The position numbers and the translations under genes are program-made. DNA of 47,603 bases from Circinaria calcarea (taxonomy: Eukaryota): positions 1 through 47,603 of the forward strand of contig JAVECS010000013.1 in assembly GCA_051942165.1 (NCBI GenBank), given 5' to 3'. This document shows, piece by piece, positions 39,276-47,603 of the stretch (position 1 is its first letter; each line of letters starts with the position of its first letter). The notes below the pieces were generated by a model. The model was not told the DNA's origin. It was given only the letters and a program-made list of their open reading frames with translations, and did no database searches.

Positions 39276-40336
39276 TCCTCGTTTCGCGGCCAGTTTTCGT
39301 CAGATCTTATGCATACGGCGCGGCGTTCAATGGTGTTTGGTAATCCACTTGCTCTTGAGCATAGAAGCTGCTCGGGTCTTGTATTCCCTTGAACTCACTT
39401 ATATGCACATACTCCCTGGCAGTGATACCTCGGCAATTATAATTTGTCTCTCGGTGTCTACGACACACGAGGCGATGATCATTATGACCGCCTGTAAAAT
39501 ACAGTTGTTCTCTTCGATATCCAAGGTTCTCCCGTGACGGCGTTCAGAAGGCAACAAGATATTTCCCCGTCTGGCGATCAGAGGTACATTCCTGTGCTCT
39601 AGGTGCATGACCTCAACTACTTCATTGCCCAATCAAAAGCCAAACTGCGACATACTGGAGACTTGGCAAAGGTGCGAAAGGCCTTCAGAAGTTCAATGCC
39701 GCATCAGCCTTCTTTTGTGGTTTGGTACGAACCATACGATCATTGATTTGATAGAGCATGTCCACTCCACGGGAGTGAATCTGACGCCGACCATCTCCTT
39801 ATGCGACAGATCACCGACCACTTTACTCATGTCCAATTTGTCTTCAACACCCTGCTCTCACCATAGTTACTTCCACTTAAACCTGGCGAACCTCTTAGGC
39901 CTCTTCGACTCGGCTTCACTTTGTTTATTAAGCGCAGTGGACGTGGTTCTCCATTGGCTGAGCACCCGAAAACCCATCACCTTCAGTTAGGTGTGCCAGC
40001 TATGTGATTAAGGATACTTTTCAAACCGCGAGCTCCTTTGTCCCCCCTGCTTGCTTACCTCTCAGGGACGAATGTAGGACCTTCTTTTAGGGGATGAACG
40101 GCAAACTCCCGATCAAAATGAGTGGGAGGATATTTAGTTATAGGGTGGCTTTGGCCTGCTACGGACTTGGGCTCCTATCGCTAAACAAATCAAGAGTAGA
40201 TTATCCTCCTATGTCGAGTGGCTAACCTCGAGGCTGATGTTCTTTGAATTTAGTTATGCATGAGGATTTAACCTGGGACTAGTACGTGCACATCCAGTAT
40301 GTACCAAGGACTGCTTGTCCCTGACCGGGTAGTCTA

Positions 40337-40374
40337 AGTAGTTTACAGAGTAGTTTACGGAGTAGTTTACGGAG
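40337..40374. repeat. Tandem repeat, 3 x 12 bp (AGTAGTTTACRG)
   Basis: AGTAGTTTACAG AGTAGTTTACGG AGTAGTTTACGG AG, about 100 bp upstream of the CTP1 ATG. Confidence 0.85.
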
Positions 40375-40471
40375 ATTAGCCGCTTGGTGGTGCTCGGTAA
40401 TTTCTTACCGCGTTCAATCGCTTCGGCACGCATGAATTTTGTGGATGCAGCTCCAACATTACTTTTAGGAA

Positions 40472-41802
40472 ATGACGGCAACGGCCCAAGCTGCGGGCAG
40501 GAAAGAAAAGGTCAGATACACATGGCCCTTCAATCGGAGGCAAGTGGCTAAAGGTATTAGCCAAGCGCCTTGAGGTCTATCATTGCAGGTTCCGCTGCTG
40601 GTGCCGTCGAGATTGGTATGCTGGCTGATGACATGAAATCGGTTGGAATTATCAGATAGCGCTGACGTATGGTCGAGTCTCTAGCTATAACGTATCCCGC
40701 CGAATGTACGCTTCCTGCTGCCTGAATTCATCTCCGATCCCTTTTGATCGAACTCTCTCGTAGTTGCGAAGACAAGGACACAGCTCAATCGCCGACTTCC
40801 AGACGGGCAGAAGCTGGGTTGGCCTTCGTTTGGGAAGGCATGGTATGCGGGATGTACGACGTTGATCATTGGAAATTCGCTGAAGGCAGGAATCCGTACG
40901 CGGTCGCCATCCCGAATAGACTGGGACGTACTGACAGGAGGAAGGTTTCGTCGCGTTCGACAGCTACAAGGCGTTGCTACAAGATGAGGCCGGCAACATC
41001 TCGGGGCCAAGGACGGTCATCGCTGGTTTCGGTGCGGGCATCACCGAGTCATTACTGGCCGTGACGCCCTTTGAAAGTATCAAGACTACACTGTACGACC
41101 CTTGCCATCCTTTGCCAGAGTCATTCAGAGCTTAACGAGGGCATGTGTGTAGGATTGATGATCGCAAGTCGGCCAACCCACGTATGCGGGGCTTCCTCCA
41201 TGGATCTGCGCTTATCTTTCGGGAACGAGGAATAAGAGGATTCTTCCAAGGATTTGCGCCAACCACGGCACGACAAGCTGCGAATTCTGCAACTCGGTTC
41301 GGAAGCTACACCACTCTCAAGCAATTCGCACAGGGCTACGTCGCGCCCGGGGAAAAGCTAGGAACAATCAGCACCTTTGGCATCGGAGGTCTTGCCGGTC
41401 TGATTACAGTGTAAGCTAAACGGTAGAACATTTACTTTCCGCTCACACAGTGACAGATACGTTACACAGCCTTTAGACGTGATCAAAACCAGGTAGGGAA
41501 GCTCACGAACTCATGCTTGATTCTCCACTAGCTGATCAGAGTAAGAATGCAATCGATAGAAGCAAGGAAGGAATACAGGAACAGCTTCGTCTGTGCCGCC
41601 CGGATTTTCAAAGACGAAGGAGTTTTTACCTTTTGGTCGGGGGCATTACCGAGATTGGCTAGGCTAACCATGAGTGGAGGCATAGTGTTTACAATGTGGG
41701 TCGCGACCTAGCCATCGTAATAGTTCGATCACTAAGTTTGACAGGTACGAAAAGACGATCGAAGGGCTAGAGAGGCTAGACCCCGAGAAAAAGTACATAT
41801 AG
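40472..41802 (+). CDS. CTP1: Mitochondrial citrate/tricarboxylate carrier (SLC25 family), many short exons
   Basis: PSALRSIIAGSAAGAVEIAITYPAEFAKTRTQL, GNSLKAGIRF, VTPFESIKT, RQAANSATRF, TQPLDVIKTRMQS, PRLARL; three Px[DE]xx[KR] carrier repeats. Confidence 0.92.
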
Positions 41803-42534
41803 CTGATATTGCATTTCTCCTTCCGAGCTCTCGTGCCACTCGTACACGGCCTTCCTAGGCCTCCAGAGTCCTCTTCATTAGACCAACTCTTTAGAGATAG
41901 CTCGAGGATACCAATGGGCGCTGTCTGCCGGGTTGAGAAAAACATGGTGATGAAGTCAAGCACTCCGAATTTCCATTCTCCTCCGTTCTTCTAAGAAGCG
42001 CAAATCACAATCAGACTCCTTTGCCGGAGACACGTTACCTGAGCAGGTTCTAAGCGATCACATCCGCCTTCTTACCCGACTCTTCCCGTCCAGAGGCTTC
42101 GCACCCGGTCTCATTGCAGCCTTGTTACGTGGCAACGCCATGCGAACGGAGCAAGCAGCACGCTCTCAATCGTTTGTTTAGCGTCTTTGTAGTGAACTCT
42201 AGTCGATCGTAACAAAACTCCAGGAATGAGATGATTGAGACTGACAAAGACCATATACGGCGTATTTCTTGAACAATGTCCGATCAACTTGCTCTAGAGA
42301 TGAGGAAGGAACAGTGGACGTCCGCACCGATGAATCAATAGAGGAACTTGGGCCCACGTTGCGAACAAAATCCGTGACGACAGGCAAAAAGCGAGGGTTT
42401 GATTCTCCAGTTATCCGGTTGAACAGAGAGTTGAGAAAAGAGACGTGTCAGTTTGTAGTCTTGATGAATACAGCTCAGCAAGCAATATGGTCTGAGTATG
42501 AGTTTCCTGCCTCTCGTTCAGGGGCGAGTCCTTT

Positions 42535-43349
42535 CTACTCCTTTGGCGCATTTGTCAGCAACACGTAATTAACACCCATATCCTTCTTTCTCTCCACCGT
42601 TCCGTCTTCCTTTTTATCAATCACCCATATATGCTGGGAGAACCGATTCTCCATCACGGGTATAAACATCCTGGTAGGTCTCGTCAGTGGGAACGCTCTG
42701 TAAATATCCAGGTGTGGGGAACCGACCTTCCGGGCGCTTTGAGCTGCTCCAACAGCGCTGAATGTGCCTCCGCTGCCGCCGCCCCGACATGGATCGCGTC
42801 ATACGGTCCGCCTTCCTTCCAACCTAACCTACCATCCGCCTTGACGATTATCACTCGTCCGCTCGACAGCAATTCCCTTCCGTCCGCACTCTTCCCCAGG
42901 TTCCCTTTTGCCAGGTCGACCAAGCCCTGGATATGATCCACGCCTACCACCTTCCCGCCCGGTTCGACCAGCTTGGCCAAGACATGGGTGAGATAGCCGG
43001 AGCCGGAGCCGATATCCAAAACCTTGGCGCCGGGAGAGAGAAAGGGGAGGAGGGATTCGGCCGCGGCGGCGTGCATGTGCGGGGCGGAGATGGTAGCGGC
43101 CATGCCGATCGGTTGGGGCGAGTCTTCATAGGGCAGAGTAGGAGCATAGTGAGCTCGATCGACCTGTTGGCGTGGGATGTCAGCGGTCTGCCTTCTCCTG
43201 AATCAATCATGCTCCGCCCTCGGAATCTTGGTATCAAGGGTTCGTACGCTTAGCATTGCATTCTTGACCCTGTCCGACTTGATGAGACCACTTTCGGCAA
43301 GATTGGTGATCAGGGCGACATTAGTCGCCCCAGAGCATCGCCAGGCCAT
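42535..43349 (-). CDS. pcm: Protein-L-isoaspartate (D-aspartate) O-methyltransferase, 3 exons
   Basis: MAWRCSGATNVALI.., VDRAHY, ATISAPHMHA, SAM motif VLDIGSGSGYLT, DGRLGW..GPYDAIHVGAAA, QLKAPGRMFIPV. Confidence 0.94.
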
Positions 43350-44271
43350 GATCAAGATTGCAGCATGAACATGGAGGTAATCAACGATCATCAGGCATAC
43401 CTTGACTAAGTTGAGTGAGAGGCGATTGGGGAGTGAGAATATCGACGGTTCCAATGCAAACCTGGTGATTGTGAGATGGTACTTGTCTCGGTGAAGGGGA
43501 GGCGTTATTCGTCCTGACGGCTATTTGAGGTGGGGTGAGGAGGTGGGGTGATGGATGGATGACATCGCGCTCGGTTCACGTGTTGGACAAAAGGGGTCGG
43601 TATCATACCCGGGACATGATTGCTAGCGCAGCTCAAAGCTAATCGACAGAAACCATTAAATCGCCGGCGTAGCCCGAGTATATCTTTCTCGATTGCGTTC
43701 GAGCCATGGAAGCCGCATGTGGGCGTTGCACAGTCTTCGGTGCATGAAGGCTCAAGGGAGCACCGGATCTTACTCTGACCGGTGCTCCCGTTTTCTCTCT
43801 TGAAGCTCCTGCAACTACAGCCCATGGCCAAATAGACCCAAAGAAAATACCTGGGCCGCAGTCGCACAATTGGATGCACCAGCCTCGTCCTCGCTCTTTA
43901 GGCCCCTCCGTCTCATGACCGTTTATCAACCTGGCTGCGATCAGGATCAAATCATGCTCGCTAGGTAGCCCTCGAAGAAGGCAGCCCAAGAACGGGAAGC
44001 ATGGAGGGAGGGGAGGGCAACATGTCAAATTCACCGTGCGTGGACACGGAAACCAAATTTAATGACCTCTGAACTTTATTAGGAACAAATCTCCAGACAT
44101 GATGCAAAAAATATGTGCAAACAGTATCTGACGCTCCTAGCCAGACACAATGACAATGCATAGAATCTCTAGCTCCTCTTTTTCTGAAGCGCCGCAGTCG
44201 AGCTCCCTGAAGCCACGACTTGAACGCCGCCAGACTCCTCCTGCAGTCGCATGAAATCGATGCGATCTCAA

Positions 44272-45514
44272 TCATAATAATGAATCCAATCGCGTAAATA
44301 CGCTCAAACAAGCCGCCACCACCTTGATAATCCTGGGTCAGCAGGTGTTTGGATCCCGAAATGACCAGAAAACAAGGACTGCCGCTCACCTCCAATTGTA
44401 AATCTTTATCTTTTGCATTCGCTACTTCCTCCGACACCAACGAACCTAGGTTAGCTCCAATGTCCTGTGCTCCGCCCGCCCTTTTACCAAACGGCCATTG
44501 CGAATACTCAGCTAATAACTCGTCCACTTGGGCAAACGCTCGTTCTCGAGACTCGTGGCCTAGTGTCGAGAGAGCGTTCTCCAGAACATTTGCGGCGTAA
44601 GCTGCACACACCATAGAGATAGTCCTGATGTATCTGAACTCCATGCCTTCTGGAAGAAACTGGCTTGCGGGTAAAACCACAGTTCTGTTCGTTAAAAGGG
44701 TGCGCACCCTCCGTCTGATTTCATCCTTTGCGCCTCCATCTGCAACCGGGTGGGTAGCCATATCGAATAACAGGAAATTCCTCTTTTCGGTCCGCAGTAT
44801 CCCTTTATCGACAAGTCCTTTCGCCAATCGTTCCCGCACCTGTTTCAACTGATACCCTATTTTCATCAAGTTCCAGGTCTCCCCTGCCAAGAAAGAGTCA
44901 ATACTTATTCCAGCCACCAAGGCAAATAAAATTTCTCACCGCTCATCAAGTCTATCCATGAGCTTACGCTCATCTTTTCGCTTGATTTCATCATCTTCAA
45001 TGCCTCGTCTAGGAGGACTTCCCCCGTAAGAGTATCATCGATCACCTCGATGACCCGGTCTGCCAATGGAAAGCGCCGCCGTGAAGAATCTTTTTGCATA
45101 CTGATACGACCTCTAAATGCTAGCTCAATGACAATGCAACCTCGCAAGGCGTAAGAGATGTTGTCGTTCCAGAAGGAAAGGTAGCCCTGTAAGATACAAC
45201 CATCAGTCATGTCGAAACCATCCCGAGATGGACCCATGCCTTACCTGCTTGTCCTTCAAGCCCATCAAGAGGACTTCCTCCATCAGCGTTAATTTGGGTT
45301 GCTTGTTCCGTTCCTCGCTTTCACTTATGTCCCGTGGATCAAACGCGATCTTGTGTCCGTTTTCCCCACCTGTGTAGGATGTTTCTGGTGCTCGATTATC
45401 ATGTAAGGGACCGCTCTTCGGGGCCGGAGAAGCTCCACGGCTGAGGCCATTCTCGTCTTCGCCAGTGGATGTGGCCCCTCCTCGCCGGCGCGTCAATCCA
45501 GCAGTCGACGCCAT
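44272..45514 (-). CDS. VPS74: Golgi phosphoprotein 3 / Vps74, 4 exons
   Basis: [73 protein letters not shown]; terminal exon [16 protein letters not shown]. Confidence 0.96.
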
Positions 45515-46025
45515 CTGGCGACTTTGCGTGCTCCGCTCAGTGTTAGGCTGACACAATTGACCTGGTCGTGCTGCATCTGCTGTGAGAGCATGCGCAAGCC
45601 TCGAATAGATTGCCGACGAGACCTCTATCAGTGTTCTGCTCGTTGCATCTCGTTGTAGAATAACCGGGATGCTCGTAGTTTACAATGAAATCCTTCTACT
45701 TTCTGGTATGAGACTCCAACGGCCGGGCGCAGTGCAGACCACTAACCGCACCTAAAGGCACTTTCGCATCCGCTACGACCGCCGACTCGGCTACCTAGCG
45801 CAACGAAGATTGTCTTTTGTAGTTGCAGCTACATTATCTTCCCCTCAGAAAATTCAATTCACGATGGAGTTTGTAGGGAGTAACTTGATCTTAGATGGCT
45901 TTGTATAACAATAATGTGATCACACCGGACACTACCAAGTACAGCAATGGATGTTCTACACAAGGGGTTCTTTGCTAGTCCCGCCCAACCTCCGCTCCCA
46001 AATTGCTCCATCCCCCTTGGCGGCT

Positions 46026-46716
46026 TCAGTGAGCTGGTTCACACGTTAGTAGAGAGCAGGGCAGTAGCGTATGAGGAAGCCTACCGTCAGGTTGGGAAAG
46101 GATATAGTCGACTGCTTTATCGACTATCCAGGGCGGATTAGAACCCACTTATCAGCCTACACCACCAGCATGGTAGACTTACTGCTGTGAATGGCGTCGG
46201 CTTCCTTATCCGGAATCTCAATGCTGAATTCCTGGTAGAAATCAGCATTGGCTCTCACACAGAGGCAGACGAATTATGCATACCTCCTCGATAGCCATGA
46301 CGACCTCAACCGTGTCTAAGCTGTCCAAGCCAAGGTCGTTGGAGAAATGCGACGTATTGGATATCTGATATTCCCATCAATGTATGCATTAAAGTCTTCA
46401 CCAGGGAATACTCTTTACTTTCGCAGCGTTTGTCACCTTGTAGCACGTATAGTTAGCTAGGAGGCATTCAGTCTGGGTATCGGCCTCATACCTTGTCGAA
46501 GTTTTTGAGAAGGTCCATGATGCGTCCCTCTACTTCTTGCTTCCCTAATCCCGCCGGTGCCGAATAGGCCCTTGTGCTTTGGAAGCTCGTAACCGGGTTG
46601 GATCGGTCAATGATGGCTGAAGAGCATGGAGCGATAGTTCGCGCAACAGGCGTTCGGGAGGAGATTACAGGTCTAGACGCGCACCGGGTGACCCGGCAGA
46701 TAGCTGAGCGAAACAT
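46026..46716 (-). CDS. ACP1: Mitochondrial acyl carrier protein (complex I NDUFAB1 subunit), 6 exons
   Basis: Presequence, then [54 protein letters not shown]; phosphopantetheine site GLDSL; 18-nt micro-exon at 46419-46436. Confidence 0.95.
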
Positions 46717-46970
46717 GATAGAGAAACTGGGAGCTTTGGATCTTCTTCGCTCTTGAGCTTAGGTTCATGTTAAATGCGGATGCTCGTCTCGTCTCTGGTA
46801 TAATTACACTAGCGTGATACTGCTTTTTGAGCCAATCGGACTGCCGACGTTTGGATTAGCGACATTGAGGCCGATGAATGACGGGTATCTTCACTGACAT
46901 CTTCATTTTCCATACTCCGTCGCTCCCTTCCGTTCGTCCCCACCACAAATCAGTTTACGGTACCTACACG
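46717..46970. promoter_or_regulatory. Short bidirectional promoter ACP1/NDUFS8 with CCAAT box
   Basis: 254 bp between the divergent ATGs; CCAAT at 46832-46836. Confidence 0.6.
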
Positions 46971-47603
46971 ATGGTATCAGCCAGGTCAGCTTTCGCTGCG
47001 CTTGGGCGTGTGCGACCGTCGTCAGGACCGCTCACTGCCACTCTTCTACCACGAACCTCGTCCCCCATCGCCACCGCCGCTTTTTCGTCTTCCGCCTTTC
47101 GAGGCGCAACCCCAGCAGGTCCTCCGCCTCAAGGGTTCCGACTCCCACGCAAAGAACGGTGGGATGAGAGCAAGGAGAGCTCACTGGATCAGGCCGGAAA
47201 ATACTTCCTGATGACGGAAATGTTGAGGGGGATGTACGTGGTGCTGGAACAGTTCTTCCGACCTCCGTGAGTAATACCCTCAATATCCCCGAGCTTATTC
47301 CCCTAGGTTTGCTTACAACAGTTAGGTACACCATCTACTATCCCTTTGAGAAAGGCCCTATCTCGCCCCGCTTCCGAGGTGAACATGCATTAAGGAGATA
47401 TCCAACAGGCGAGGAGCGGTGTATTGCATGCAAGTTATGTGAGGCCGTGTGTCCAGCCTCATGCATTTCGATCGAAGCGGAAGAGCGTGAAGATGGGAGC
47501 AGGAGGACAACGAGATACGACATTGACATGACAAAATGTATTTACTGTGGGTTTTGCCAAGAGAGTTGTCCCGTTGACGCCATTGTCGAATGTAAGTATT
47601 GAT
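46971..47603 (+). CDS. NDUFS8: NADH:ubiquinone oxidoreductase 23 kDa (TYKY) Fe-S subunit, truncated by window end
   Basis: [43 protein letters not shown] and [20 protein letters not shown] (two 4Fe-4S motifs). Confidence 0.97.

Noticed and set aside
39276..40330. 1-kb gap between DHH1 and CTP1 with ORFs 39172..39537, 39399..39632 and 39607..39990
   Set aside because: No protein-like motifs, consistent splice model, terminal repeats or RNA-gene boxes found.
40337..40374. Direct repeats considered as CRISPR-like
   Set aside because: Eukaryotic locus, 12-bp units with no spacers, and no cas genes.
43527..43560. GAGGTGGGGTGA duplication / G-rich tract upstream of the PIMT gene
   Set aside because: Only two G4 runs; low-complexity promoter sequence with no further support for a quadruplex.
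45715..45810. GC-rich stretch upstream of VPS74 considered as a tRNA/ncRNA
   Set aside because: No cloverleaf, no GTTCRA T-loop and no A/B boxes.

Overview
Gene-dense, intron-rich nuclear DNA from a filamentous ascomycete (Pezizomycotina, inferred from short GT-AG introns with CTRAY branch sites and from gene content). I support 21 protein-coding genes. In order: KGD2(-), NDUFB9(+, missed by the ORF track), histone H2A(-)/H2B(+), ATG4(-), SQS1(+), JJJ1(-), an SPX-RING E3(+), an F-box/YccV FBXO21-like protein(+), a hypothetical protein(-), a UCH37/BAP1-family deubiquitinase(-), POM152(+), UTP22(-), STR2(+), SMC6(+), DHH1(+), CTP1(+), PIMT(-), VPS74(-), mitochondrial ACP1(-) and NDUFS8(+, truncated by the window end). 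I found no tRNA/rRNA, CRISPR array, intact transposon or secondary-metabolite cluster. This is mostly a housekeeping region and I cannot support a wholly new biological system. The best leads are modest: a degenerate chromodomain inside SQS1, structured long first introns in both histone genes, a CaaX box on the SPX-RING ligase, a recurrent intergenic TACGGAGTA 9-mer, a run of ubiquitin-system genes around an unknown ORF, and two head-to-head mitochondrial gene pairs linked through acyl carrier protein. Gene boundaries were spliced by eye; gene names come from motif recognition, not database searches.
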